Of a stretch of DNA of 64,000 nt, positions 21,701 to 36,300 are shown one piece after another. A program made the position numbers and the translations under genes. This stretch comes from Podarcis cretensis (Eukaryota). The notes beneath the pieces are model-generated. The model did no database searches, was not told where the DNA came from, and worked only from the letters and a program-made list of their open reading frames with translations. Numbering within the stretch: position 1 is the first letter of the stretch; each line of letters starts with the position of its first letter. The stretch spans positions 59,582,001-59,646,000 of the forward strand of contig OX638154.1 in assembly GCA_951804945.1 (NCBI GenBank), given 5' to 3'.

Positions 21701-23388
21701 CAAAATTTTAAAACACCACATTTAAAATTTTGGAGGCTTTTGATAAAATATCTGAATTCTGCCACATTTCAAAGAAGACACGTGTCTTGAGAGAAGCAAA
21801 TTCAACTGAAATGTCATTGTTTTGCACATGCAGTGTTACCAACACGATTCCTTTGACTCAAAACACATGGCAGAGAATTCCAGCTGGAAGATGTATAGCT
21901 GTTTCCTTCAGCAGTGAAGTGACCTGTAATATTCACAACCAGTGCACAACTGTGAAGAAAGCTATTGTGTCAGATCAGGTTTTGCAATAGTACATAAAAG
22001 TGAAAAGAAAAAAGAGGCACTTTTTGGCTGTTTGTGCCTTTGACTTGGCAAACCTTTCTACAGTGGAGGTAACCCAGGCACTCTACAACTTCCCCTCAAT
22101 TCACGTGCATGGTGCATTTCATTTAAATTAAGGCAAAATCCTCGAACAAAGGCAAAAGCAGTGCAGAAAAAAAATGTGAAAAAACTAAAAACTAAAAATT
22201 GGCACAGAAGAAGCTAGTACCCAGAGCTGCTAAAGACATCACTTAACTGCATTTCACATGGGAAAACTAAATTGTACCCATGTAGCTCAATTGGTTTCCA
22301 GTTATTAAGGAACAAATGAACCTGTTGTATTTTCAATGCTGCCTGGCCAAGCAAAACAAAGCCTACAATCTTTGCCTGTGTTATTGTTTTTTTTTTTTAA
22401 AAAAGATTCATATGTCCCCATGTCACTCAAGGAATCATATACAGCCAATTCCAACTCTCAAATTCAAAAGCATAAGCAAATGATTGCAGATCACATCATT
22501 AAGACTACAATTTATTCAATATGTCTCCAAGTGTTAGAATGATGATTTAAGGAGGCAAAACAGCAATAAAATTCTGTCTTAAAGTGCTTTTTTTGTTTTT
22601 TGTTAAACTTACTCATCAACATTTTTTTTAAAAAAGATCCACTGATGCCACAATACATAAATGTATTCTTGGAATTAACAAAGCTACTTTATTGCTCTTA
22701 TCCATTTACTTTTAGCATCAGGAAAAAAAGTTACCAATTTCAGACTTCCTTGTACCAAAACCATTCCATAAGGAATAACCATCCTTACACAAAAGGGCTG
22801 CAAACCCTTTCTGCAAAGCGCTATACAAATGACCTAGGAGACATATTAAATACAAAGGTCCTTGTGTAAACTGATTCTTAACTAATAATTTACAATGCCA
22901 AGTGTAAGTCACACATTTTTACATAATTTTGAATATCACTATTCAATATTTTCAGAAAGATTAAAAATTTGCCCTCCATACCTAAAGGCAGTCAGATTTT
23001 TTTCTTCTTCTGTATAAAAACTGAAAGTTTTTTTTTGCAGCATCACAGAAAAGCAAGTTTTTTTACATTCACTCATTAAAGGTTCACATAATAAAAATTT
23101 CAACCACTTGATATTTTTCCTTAAATTGGTAAAATCTTGTGACAGATTTTTAAACTCATGCTTGGACCAGCATCCTACAAGAACCACAAAGGATGCTGGG
23201 ACTTCCCCCACAGCCTGATGCTTAAACTTCTCAGTTGGAGAATCTCTCTTTAGGAAGTAGCATGGCCACTTTTTCTTAGAAAGCTTCACTTCTAAAAGAT
23301 GAAAGCGGTGGGATTTTAACAATATCAGAAAGATGCCAGGGGTTCAATGCTTCCGTTGAACGCTTGTTCTTCAGCTTGCAGCTAACCA

Positions 23389-23451
23389 CTAAGGATCCAC
23401 ATCATCAAGGTCACTTTTAGGTTCACCAATCATCATTGGGGACACTGTGCC
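23389..23451 (-). CDS. USP24: USP24 terminal coding exon
   Basis: [20 protein letters not shown] (TAG). Confidence 0.93.
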   Translation of the reverse strand, partial: GTVSPMMIGEPKSDLDDVDP

Positions 23452-25798
23452 CTTTCAAAAACACAAAAGAGTTAGGAAAGCATATGTACTCTTCCAAGTA
23501 TCACATAATGCAGGGGTCCCTAGCCTTCTGGGGTTTGAAAGCACATTTGGAAATCTGAAGCAGGCAACACAATACACCCATTTCACAGAAGGAATAGGCA
23601 ATGCCGAGACCACCCTCTCCCAAATAAAACACATACAGATAAAAGCAGGCAATCTCCCCACCAAAACAAGCAAAACGCCCTCCAACCAACCAAAAGCACG
23701 CAAACTACCTCCCTCAAAACAAGCAAGCAGGCAACCTTCACGAAACCAAAACAAGCAACTGAACAAAAAAGTGGGTGGGCAAGAAGCATTCTGGAGAAAA
23801 GGAGGCAAGATGAAGGTGTGGCTGGATGCATGCCCTTTTATTTCTACCCATGGAAAGTGGGGGGAGCCAAATGCTCTTTAAAGAGTATTGGGGGTGGGGG
23901 GCAGTGGGTCTTAGCAGGTGCCAAGTGAAGTGTCTCAAGATGCTATGGAGATCATGGGCAGTACATCGCAGACCCCAGGCACTGTGAACTATCACCGCAT
24001 AGCTGGCAATTTAGAACTACTGAGCAATTATTTTGCTGATCTGAATGGCACAAGCGTCACCAGGAAGGCGCACTATGGTAAAAGTCTGCCAAACCAAATT
24101 AAGCCTCCAAGATGCTGCTAGTAGAGCTAATTCTTGCCTGAGTTCTTTAAAGTCTGAGAGTGTGAATTTCATCTAAGAAAGTAATGTGCTTAAGAACTCC
24201 ACTATATTGCTTAGAAACAGATGCATCTTAAACCAGGCTAGTATCAAACCTATCTTGGCTATATTGTGAAACTGTTCTGTGCCTGTTACCTAAGTATTTC
24301 AGTATTCTGATGCTTTGTGCTTATCACTCTTTGGTGCTAGACTAGCCGGAAGTCAAATCAAGCTGGGCAACAAGGCCTTTAAAAGAAAGAACATTGCAAA
24401 TGGTTCTTGCGGAAGACAGGTGGTGAGGTCCTACCCAGCTTACAAAAGTTTACATTTCAGTTTTTGACAGAAGAATGCACAAGCTCAATTCATTTGCACT
24501 GGGTGGGGTTTAAAACTAGTTGAAACCACGTGGGGAGCTACTTGCACAAATGACTTTCTATATGAAGCCATCTCTGCGAAACTCTCAAGTCAAGCAACCA
24601 CTGTCACAGCTTCTTGAATGCATGAATGGGAATTATGGTTGTCTATAGAAAACAACCCGTATTATAAAACAGGTGAGCTTCTGGGGTGGAATTCAAGGTG
24701 GTAGGAGCCCTCGAAAGTTTTCAGCATCAGGTTATGCAAAGCAAGAACGGTGAACGGAAATCAAACCATTTCCTAAGTATTAGTCACTCGGCTTTGAAGA
24801 GGCAATGCCAATAAGGAAGCCAACAGCAGCAAGCATGCAGGTAACGGACTCAGAACCACCTTGTCCTTTACCTGTGGTAGATGTCTGCCACCATTCTCAT
24901 TGGCTGGGCTGCTCTCGGATCCGTTACTGCTTCCTGATTGATCCTTCTCATTCAGCAAGGCTGTGGCATATGCCAGCGTGTCCTAAAGGAAATCCACAAG
25001 ACTTAAGAGCCAAGTAAATACTTTTTACACAATGTTGCTGGTCACCAGGAATAAGAAATGCAGTACCTGCAAACAGGCATAAATTGGCACTGGTTCAAAT
25101 ATGGCAAACTGGTTTTTGTTTTTTTAAAAAAGAGCATGGTAGTGATACCATATCAGAGACTTAACAAAAATCCCTTGCTATACTGCAGGGCAGGGGCTCC
25201 TTTTTCTTAGCCCGTGAGCCATATTCCCTTCTGCGGAACCTTGGAAGACCACATGGTAGTGGAGGGCGGAGCCAGAAGCAAAAGGGGGAGGAGCAACAAA
25301 CAGCTTTCACCTTTGCATAGTAGGCTAGTTCACACACAGTCTTCATCTTCTGTTCAGGGACACTAATGGGCCAAAGCACTCCAAATGCAAAAGCAGAACA
25401 ACTGAGGAGCGTGGCCTGGGGAGAGCGCCACGGGGGAGATGCAGAGAGGGCAGGAGAGTTGGATTTGGCTCCCGGGCCCCAAGGTCCCCTAGCCCTGCCA
25501 TATGAGGTTTATTTTTTAAAAGAGCAAACTGGAAAGTTATGGCACTTCAGCCCTGTTTCACTGTTTAAAGCAATGGGAAACTTGAAATTATTTAAAAATC
25601 AGTCATGCTAATGAATTTCAAGCCTATGAAGACTGGCAATGTATGCATACACGCATGTAGCTTGCAGCATTTGTGCACCAAGTTTGCTGTGCTTTTCATA
25701 AATAAAACTTGGCAATCATCGGCCAATATTACATAGTAATTAGACAGGAGAGTTCTGCACACGACAGCAAAAATGCTAGACAGCATTACCATTTGTAT

Positions 25799-25850
<52 letters not shown>

Positions 25851-28800
25851 TAACTACAGCCCACAGAGATTCTTTGTAAATAGTGTCAAATTTAGGCTGA
25901 CCTGTGCAGAAATAGTGCGCTGAAAGGTTTTGGCAGTTGAGGTTTCATTGGATACATTACTCTGTGGAGCCCAGTAGTGTTCAGACATCTAGAGAAATAT
26001 GAAAGCATCCATTAATGGAAACTGTGGAACAGTACTATAGCCACGTGAATAAACTTTTGTAACGAAAGGGTTTAAATTACCTTTATTTGAAGCCACTGTA
26101 CAGCCCAACTCCAATGATGGGAATTCTCCTTGAAATAATCTTTAGCAGCAGAGCACCTTTGAAATCCAAAGCAAATTATTAAAACTATTTATCTAAAGGT
26201 AATTTAGGATCATACTCCCTTTTCATACTTTATGAACTGTCTGGCTGTGCAATTCACTGCCTTTGCTTGTGTGCTGCAATACAGAGCAGGATGGAGTCCA
26301 ATGTTTCAGAAAGTCTCCAAAGTACAAATTCTTCCAGTTTACAAAACCTTTCCTTCCTTGTCACACGGGGCAATTCTTTCTTGTCACAGTCAGTCAGCTG
26401 AGCGGCTATGATGCACTGCAGTGACAGGACGATTTTACAGATGACAGAACATCACTATTTTTCAAACAGCACAGGCTTCATATTTGCTGTTCTGTACAGT
26501 GTTTTCTTTGAGCCTGCTACTATTACAATGCAACTGAAGGCACAGCATTGAACATTCTTTAGGTATCCAAACAACTAGTCTTTCCTGGATCACAGGTTCA
26601 CAAGAAGCAGACCCTTTATCTAGATTATAAATGGATCCTACACATTTTAATTGGGCCTGAAAAAGGATAAAAGAGAACTGGCAAAGGCTTGCTGAAGACA
26701 CAGCTGCTTCTTATAATCATGTGACTTAATACAAACAGAACACACCGACTTCCATTTCACTGAGTGTTATACTTACTTCTGAGCAAGAGTGACCAAGAAT
26801 TTGACACACTGATAACAGCGACTGCTGTCCACATGGTTATTACTGTGGTGCATCAGTGCTGTTGAAAAAGAAAGGAGATTAATCAGTATTAAAGTCTTCA
26901 GGAGTGGGCCCTGCCATAAAGCAGGGAGATTTGATTCTACATCCTAGTTTGGGCTTCATGTCAGACCACTAACCAGAGTGTAGAATCTAAACCATGGTTG
27001 TAGTTTCAAAACGTTCCACAGACAAACCATCATTTCAAGACGTTTTTCATACATATTTCTCACTTTCTTTGAGCAGCACCAGATTCTGCAGACAATAGCT
27101 TAACTACGGTTCACTAACTTAGACAAAAGCATAGTTTGGTGCAACGTATGAATTTAGCCTATGATTCATGTCTTACTTAACAACAAAATGTCAAGACCCC
27201 CTTTCTAGTTAAAACGTGCAATGAGCTGTGGGATTACAACCTAGGTTATAATAGAGCAATTAAAGATGATGAAACTTTGTTATCAACATACCCCCCCCAT
27301 TACCTACAGGATTTCTGTTCTTTTGATGCCACCTGCTTCTGACGTAGTAGTCAAAATGATAAAAAGCGCTTCTGTTTCTATATGAACCAAGTCTTCACAA
27401 TAAAAAAATAGCTCCTTTTGAATTCACACATCATAAATTTGTTTCTAATTCTTCACTTGAATATATTCAAGGACAGAGATTGTGGGCAGTATCCGTTAGC
27501 TGTGGAAGTGTAAGGCTGCTTACGCAAATGATCTCCTCCACCCGCCCCCCCCCCCCAGCTTCTGTACAAAATGAAAACCCTGTCCAGACGTTTTTTTTGG
27601 TGGGGCTGAACTGTTGTCACTGGAAGGGGGAAATTCACCTCTCCTGCATTGCCACTCTGTATCACACAGCCCCATCACCCCCAAGAGAGTTTTCAGGTGG
27701 AAAGAAGAGGAAGATTGCTTGTGCAACCTGCCTTTCACTTGTGCGACCACTGGATTTAAGCCATTGATTTTCTTACTGCCAATTTTTTGTTTTGGAAGTT
27801 TCCCACAATTTCAAAGTGATTTGCCAGGAAGATGAGAAAAAACAAATCCTCTTTGCATGCATGGAAGAACCTACAAGGTTCTTTGGATCCATTAACACCT
27901 CACAGCAGGTTTACTCACCCAGCAATCCATTTTCAGTCTCAAATGCAAACTTGACCCGCTCTATTTGCAAAGGATCTTCAATAATCTGCGAAAAGAAACA
28001 GAACAATTAGTTTATACAGACACTTGGAATCAATCGTATAGTTATACATTTCTTGGTTGTACCCAATGAAGTCTTTCCACTAGTACAAGGACTTCTGCCT
28101 GCACAAAAGGGCTTTCTCTTGATTCTACCTTGGCTAGATTATATCCATTGTTATGTTAGCAAGATAACTAATATTATGACACTGCAAAAACCAGATAAGG
28201 GAAAAATCCCTGGTTGTATAAATTGGTTGTATAAATTAGTTTCGTTTTTGGCATCTATACTCCAATGCTTATCGACTGAGTGAACAGCGTAACACAAACA
28301 AGCAAAAAAAAACCCCGTTTGTTATTAAAGTGTGTTCAGTTACCAATATCTCATGAAGAAGCTGGAAGGTGTTCTTCAATTCATGGGGTGGAGCAGTCTC
28401 CAGCTGATTCTGTAAGTTGAAGACGCAGATTTAAGCAGGTGGAAAGGCATGCACATGAATATCAGATTTATGATAATCATTCATATATGATTTTGCATTT
28501 TTTAAAAACCCTAAATTATAACAAGGTGGGGGCTAGATATCTGCACTTTTATCAGAAGCCTGTGTCATCAGAGAAATACATTTAAACATTTTTTTTTCCA
28601 ATTTGTTCTGGGGAAGAATTCTTTATTTGTGATTTTTTTCTGAAGAGCATTGGTTCAAAGGATAGGGTGCTGGAGGACAGACAGCAGGAACCAAACATAT
28701 AAAATAGGAAAATCAGAGAAGTGAGAGGAGTACAAACTATGGGCTAAAACACATACAGATCTCCTGCTTCCTGGAAACTAAGCAATTTTTGTTTGTTTTG

Positions 28801-31800
28801 CCATTTCAAATATAAGCGTTTTGCTCTCGTAAAAGCAAGTAAGTTACATTTATAAATATGAAATATGTTGCACTATGACCTAGGAGACCAGGGTTCAAAT
28901 TTCCACTTGGCAATGAAGCTCACTGGGTAACCTTGGGCCAGTCGTAGTCTCTTAAATTAACCTACCTCACAGGGTTGTTGTGGGGATTGAGGAAGGGAAG
29001 AACCATGCATGCCACCTTCAGCTTTTTCACAAAAAGGGTGGGATAGAAATGAAATTAATATGCATGCATGGAGCGCATGGATGAATGGAGGAATATGCCA
29101 GAAGCTCTGGCTATTCGTACCTTTTTGCAGAGCCTTTTCATGTGCTACAATAGCTAATGTGTACAGTGAAGTGCAAATAAGCTCTTTCATTCTGAAGAAT
29201 TGGCATCTGCCAATATGGAGATTGTGCAACAGGCAATTCGATTCTGTACTGCACAGAGCTGCTACGGACACAGACATGCGTGTGTGTGTGTGCGCGCACA
29301 CACACACACCTCAGGCACCAACGTAGAACAGGCCGTGTTTTGAACGTGTACCCTGACTGGTTTCTCCTTACCTTGATGAAATGCAGCATGGTAAAGGAAA
29401 AGTGCTCATTACAAAAGCAGCAGTACACCACCATCTCAATGAGGACCAGCAGCGATCCAGTTAACTCCCTTAATGCGTACATCACCTAATGAAGAAACAC
29501 AAAGAGTCAGATTAGGCAGCCGTTCTTTCTTAAAATAAAAATAAAAAATCCAGCTTTGGGAAACTCGTAGATTTGCTCTTTTTAAATGTTCTTCACATTT
29601 AAGACCCAACCCAAGCCTCGTAATTTATAGGCCTAAAACAGTAGCTTACCTCCATTAAATAAGGCTTCCCCTCAGGCAGGAACAGTAAAGCTTCTACTTC
29701 TTCATGGAGGGCCAGGAGCGGCCCAGAGGTGGTAATGCTAAGGGGTGAATGCAGAACACACAGACCAGGAGCTGAAAAATAAACAAAATGAAATGAAATA
29801 TGGAGGCAGGAAACACGCAGAGGGACGAGTGGTGGAGAGGATAGCAAAAACTTTGATCCACGTGATTTTCGGCCTTCCTGAACAAATACGAGGAGACATC
29901 CCCAACCTGCCTGCCTCCTGAGAAAATAGTTGAACCACTACTCCTTTTGAGTAGCAACTTTATATGCAGAGAGTAAATAGCAGGGGTGTGCACTGGTTCT
30001 GTGTACTGCAAATTACAAGGTGAATCAGGGTGATTTGGGGAAGATTCCCACATCAGACTGTGCTACTAGCATGGTGCCTCCAGATGGACTGGGGACTCCC
30101 TAAGCCTCCAGGTGGCTCTGTGCCCTTGATTCCCACCCCTAGCCTCCCAGAAACTAAGTCAAGCTGACTGGGGGAAACTCCCCAAACTCGGAAGGGTGGA
30201 GAGGCGGTGGAATCTGAGAAACAGGTCTAGCTTTGAAACACTGATTTCTTTTCCCAGAGCACTCCAATCAGATATTTAGATGAGGGGTTGAAAGCTATTT
30301 CTTTACATGTTCCATTCTTTACAGTGAATGGAAAGATTTCCATTGTATGCCTCAAAGTAAGTGGGAAAGGGGCTGAAGACCAGCCCTTTGACCCTTATGG
30401 TAACAGGTCCTTGCTGGGAGAAAACCCCTTTTTCCTACGGATTTGTGCTGTTTTGCAGCAACCCCTTTCCATGCAAGTCTCCTTGGGAGAAGAGAATTTG
30501 CCTCCAAGTGTCTGTGGGAGGCAGAAGCTCAACCCCCTAACTACAACCATTTGGGCACAAGGGTCTTTGCTAGGGGCGACATTCCCCACACTCGATATTT
30601 CCTGAGAATCTAGCACTTTTTTCTTCGCCCGCAATTCCTAGTGTGCCCACCCTAAAATGGTCAAGTCTGTCCTTGCGGGAGAAGTGCTGTGAAGCTTCAT
30701 TCCCTCACAGAAAGGGTGACAGTGCATACAAATTTCACCCAATTCTGGGAGAAAATGAAAAAAGTATAACTTGTCCTTTGATGGGAAAAGAATCTAACCT
30801 TTAGGTGTCCCCTGGATATAAATGCCTAGTTTGCAGTCTTAATCCATTCTGGAGGGTCCTCCAAGCAAGGACCCACTGGCAAATTTAACCCACTTCTGTG
30901 AAAAGGGAAGAAAGTTACAGCTGTTTTTAGATTCCCCATTATCATGAAGGGGTTGAGAAAACAGAGCTTAATTTTTAACAGATCTAAATTGGCTCTGCTC
31001 TGAATAACAATGGGTTGAATTGGAAAGACTGGCTCCAAACAGATCAGGCTGCTTCCCAAAGCTGCAGATTAAAAGTTGAATATGGTGGCTGGTGTACACT
31101 CCTTCCAAATAGTCACTGAAAACCAGGAGTTGCTCTTGGTGGGTAAACTGAGGAAGTTTAATCTCTTTACTGAAGATCTGCCAAGCTGCATTATTAACAG
31201 TGGCCATTTAGTTTTGTGAAATAAAATACTTACCCACATTCCTTTGTGATGAGACATCAGAGTGCAAAACAAGCAGTGCCACGGTATTATGGAGGAACCC
31301 AAACTCTCGAGCTTGTGCTGAACTCCATCTGCGATTCTGTTTTTGTTAGGCAATATTAAAAAAAAGAGTAGAAGATTATTTTGCAAGCCCTGCTTAAACA
31401 TCATTGCCTGCACATACTTTTCAGTTTTGTGTCTTTTCTTTTCTTTTATTTTATTTAAGGGAGGAGCATTTCTAAAACCAATCATATGCTTGCTTTAAGG
31501 AAGCAGCAACTGTGTTCATATACTAGTAGCAAAGTATAGAGTGCTATATGGAAAACTCATTTTGAGTTTCCAAGGTAGACTCAGTTTTATGGTACAGCAG
31601 AACCTAGGCATATCGCACCATGAATCGGGTTATGTTGCAAGAAGGCACCCGTTTCTGTTTGATTAATGCAAAAAGCCTTCTATCAGCAACTTGTCCCAAC
31701 AATGGGCAGGGTGTTCCAAGAGGGAGAAGCAATGCATGCAGCAAGTTCAGAACGGGGCTGAGTTGTGCTGAATCACCTACAGGCTTGAGGCAGTCAGTAC

Positions 31801-33276
31801 CAGCAGCTGCCAAGGCAGGCCAGACACATGGCTCTGCCTCCCTCCTGCCTCAAATGCTGCTGGCAGCGCAGAGCTGGGCCCAAGGGAAGCAGCTGCAGGG
31901 AGTCTGGCTGTTTTCTTGCACATACAATTGCAGGGGGAAGAGGAGCACACAGATTAAATTTCCTTGGCTGCTTCTGTTGGGCTCTCAGGTACAGGAGCAG
32001 CGGTGGCAATTGGAAGACAGAGTTCACAATGGTTTTAATCCCAATGGGTAGTTTCTGTAACTGAGTATATGAACTTGAAGGCAACACAAATATTCTACCT
32101 AGACTACTGGATGATATTAAGCACCTCATTACCTGGTTATTCTGACGGCTAGGACCAAGGAGAAAGTTGATCATATGCCTCAAGGCAGAATGCCTGAGAA
32201 GGAGATCACAAGCTCTTATACCCTGCTGTGAAAGGACAAACAGAACATAGGGTCACATCTGTTTCCATATGCAGAGCATGCCTGCACATTTTAGATTATG
32301 GTTCCTTATTATGCTTCGTACTTTCCAAAAGCACATATGATTAAATTATATACTACTGACTGGCAGGGTTTTGAATGGCTCCACAGCACCAGATTCCCTA
32401 TGATTTGCAGATATTTTTTCCTTCAGGTTTGCTTGCTTACCAGTTTAACAATAGGATGCCCTGAACACAAAGGAAGTCCTGACAGCTGGAAACACATGCC
32501 CTAAAGACTGCAGCAGACCATTGGAAAGCACCTGGGGAAAGGCATGCTCTCCAGTCAATAGGGCTTGATTTGAGCACCTGTAACAGGTTTAAACTCTAAA
32601 TGGCTATATAAGAAATCTAGAAAAACAAGCTACCTTTATGTGATAATGGTAATGTTTACCCATAACATAAATTTGTCCTAGGATATAGGGCAAATAAAGA
32701 GAGAAGTGGAAGAGTGAGTATTTGGTTTACCTTTTGTACAAAATTGTTGAACAAGAAGAAGTACTGGGCACAGTTTTTGCAGTTCTCAGGGACGTCCTTG
32801 TCCAGCAGACCAAGCAGCACATCCACTAACTGATGCAGACTTTTCAACTGTTGAAAAGTAAAGATGGGAAGATCTTGTATTATCAGGAAGGCGGATTTAA
32901 TTAAGGCACATTTAATAATAAGTACAAAAGGCACCTACTGCCTATGGATTTATTAGGCTTGCTTAAGACAAATGCCAGGCAGCTTGGTTCAGCTGCCCAT
33001 TGGGCACTGCTTCCTTAACACCCCCCTGAACAATTCTATTACATATCCGCCTGGCCTTTGGCTTGGAGCCAATTTGATTCCCTCCCTCCCTCCCTTTCTT
33101 TTTTCCTTTCCTTCTCCTCCTGTGATGAGGCTACATTTTAATATTTTAATGTTTCCATATTTTAATGTTGTATTTTAATTTTGTTTTTAAGTTGCAATCA
33201 TTCAATTTGTTTTTATTATTGCTTGTAAGCCGCTCTGAGCCCGGCCTTGGCTGGGGAGGGCGAGGTATAAATAAAA

Positions 33277-33324
<48 letters not shown>

Positions 33325-36300
33325 CATTTCAGGAGTCACACATATCCTTAGGACAAAATAACTTTATTTAAGAAGGGCGTCAGCGTATACACTCTTAGAA
33401 TAGAAGGACTATAACACTTTCAAGTCTGACCACTGGCCCAGCAAATTTAAGTAAAAACACTCAAGCTTAAAAAGCTCTGTATTGAGCACAGCGACAACAA
33501 CTTTGGTGTGTGTCTATGCAAGGAGCTAAGCAGGACATTTAAGCCTCTTTCTCTGACCACCAACCACCTCCTGAGATTTTACCAAACGTTGCCCATACAT
33601 TCTCAAATGGATCTCTGCAGCCGTAAGAACAGGAACTTATTTTTTCAAGTAGGAGTTTCTCACAACACTTAATACTGCACTTAGACAAAACCATCACAGA
33701 ACCATAGGATTTGCAAATGTCTGAAACTAGTCACAAGATTCTGGCAGTGAACAGACTAAAGAAATACGACAGAAGAGCAAGGGTGGCAGAGGGGTGGGGA
33801 ACAATTAACATATACCATTAATGAAGCAGTAGCATACAATTTTCTGAAGTGCAATGAAATGTTTCGCATACCAGCAGTTACATATTACTGACCTTTTCCT
33901 GATAAAACAAGGCACTGTCTAAGGTTTTTTCAAGAATGGTGGCTACAGCAACTCGCACCTCTCTTACACTGCATTCCAGTAGAAAAGTCCTGAAAAATGC
34001 ACACATGCAATAAAAATGAAGATGCGCGTGATAGAATCCATCTCTCTCATGTGCTAGTAGAAATCTGCAATCCCTGCCTTTTACTCAAGTGTGAAATCCA
34101 ATATTTACACTTCTTTGAGAGTAGAAAGACTGGATACGGTCACTTAATAGCCAAACTGAAGGTGCCTCATAGAATGTAAATGATATCTATGTGCGTCTGA
34201 CAGGAATTCTTCAAATCAGCAGGACTTAATACCATAACAAAATAGACAGATTAAAAGGAAGCAGTAATTGACTGCCTAAAGCAATGTAGATAGGCTTTCC
34301 ACTGAAAGTCGTTCAGTGTGACAGAGCTTGTCATTTGGAGCAGACACATGCCTACACACACACACTGACTCACTGTGCACTTAATGGATCAAGCAATTTT
34401 TATATTCATGTCATAAATTATATTTCCTGCCAGAAAATATATCTAAAAGGCTATCTATCTGCCTCTCCACAAGTAGATCATTCTCTCATATGGCTTATTC
34501 ATCCAAGTATACAAATTTTTGGGTACATGCCTCTAATGAAGATAAGCGAGTAGTATATAATAGACTTGTGTACTTATATTGATACTTACTTTATGAGCTC
34601 TCGCCCTTCTGCCTCAACTAAATATTCAACCAACCATTGACAAGCTTCAAAACTTTTAGAAACCAAAGCATCAATGGTTGCAATCCATTCTTCTATGTCA
34701 ACCCTTAAAAAAACACCAAAAAACAATCACAGTAAGGTCAGCAAGACTTCAATATGTGAAATATACATTTTCTCTCTTTTAAAAAGCTTTTAAATGTGTT
34801 ACCTGAGTTTTTTCTTGGTTCGCAGACACGTCTGGAAGAGGAACTGGACTGCTAGTTGTAAACTTACTCTTGCCATAGATGGATAATGGGGGTGCTTTAA
34901 CTTTGTCTAAGAAAAAGAAAGTGCATCACATAACACCACAAGTACTGGCCTTTCTGATAAGATTATTAAACACAGTTTTCAGACTGGAACTGAGATGGTG
35001 CCAAAATAGTTTTAGGATGGCACAAGAAGGTAAAGAGGATTATCTGAGGTTTCAGAAAAATGCTTTGTCAAATGTCTGGTGACTTCCACTCTTCTGCTAA
35101 GCTCCTTGGTGTTTAAAGCAAGGGGGAAAACAGCTTCCGTCCCTTGGATTATGCTCTGGGAGCTGCAATCCAGCACAAACTTTTTCTCATTTTTTGGAAC
35201 TTCCTCTTTAGCTCAAACCAAACCATGAGTGTGTGCAGTGGCCTCAATATTTGCCTTGTAACTGTATGTGTTTTAAAATTCTGATCTATTTTCAAATTGC
35301 TTCCTGCTATTTGACTTGATTTGGTTTTGTGTAAACAAAATTCTGAGGTTCCCATTCACTATAATGGAGAATTGAAAAATGGTATAACTCCCCCCTCCCT
35401 TTGACCAAAGTGGATGAAATTTACAAGGGCGAGGGAAGCAGATATTTGTCTCTTGCCTTTTCTCTTCATACAATAATTAAAGGTGTGTATTAAATGCTTC
35501 ATATCAGCCTTTTCATTCCAGTGGTTGTGTCCTCTGATGGGTTTTACAGGCCTACGATAAGCCATACAGCCTTAGGGTGTCTAAAATGTTGGCTGCAGAG
35601 TTTTGGTGTTTCAGTTTTCTTTGTTAAAGCAGAGCAACACAGGAGCTAACATATATGTGTGTGAGTAGCTTCTAACTTCTTAAAAAGTCCTACACCGCTG
35701 TGCTTTGACAAAAAACACAATCCAGAGCCCTTCAACAACATTTTAGACAGACTCACTTCTTGCAAAGAGATGTAGGAAAAAATAGATATATGAGGGAAAA
35801 GTACAGAAACAATGGGACAACATAAAGCTTTGTGGGATGCTTGAGCCAACTTGGTGGAGGGCAGCCCCACAAATCACCCTGTTATTTGGCCCACACACAG
35901 GCAATGAACACCCTAAAAGATATAATCACAGACTGAACATATGTTTTACTGCAGTTAAGTAATCAAAGAGGCCATAGTATGCTATATCAACAATGCATTC
36001 ATTTTTAAAAAAGAAGTTTGCTGCTGGATAGTCTTAATTTCTCCCCCTCTTCCCACTGAGGACAGTTTATCTTGTTCTGGCTCCACTGAGCCTCAGCAAT
36101 TCACTCCACTTAGTATCTGAAAGATAAAATTCATCACTCACAGCATTTAATGAAGCTAACGATAAAACAAAGCTAAAATAGTCGCTGCTGTAGACATCTC
36201 TGTTCTTCATAAACTTCAGGTTTTCATCTCTCACCATCTGAAATGACAACACATGTCTGGTTTTAGAAATAAAAGTCAAGGATATGTTTAGAATTTCTAA

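Noticed and set aside
30968-31207. 79-aa [22 protein letters not shown]... on the USP24 strand
   Set aside because: The flanking USP24 exons join in frame without it and it matches no protein I recognise
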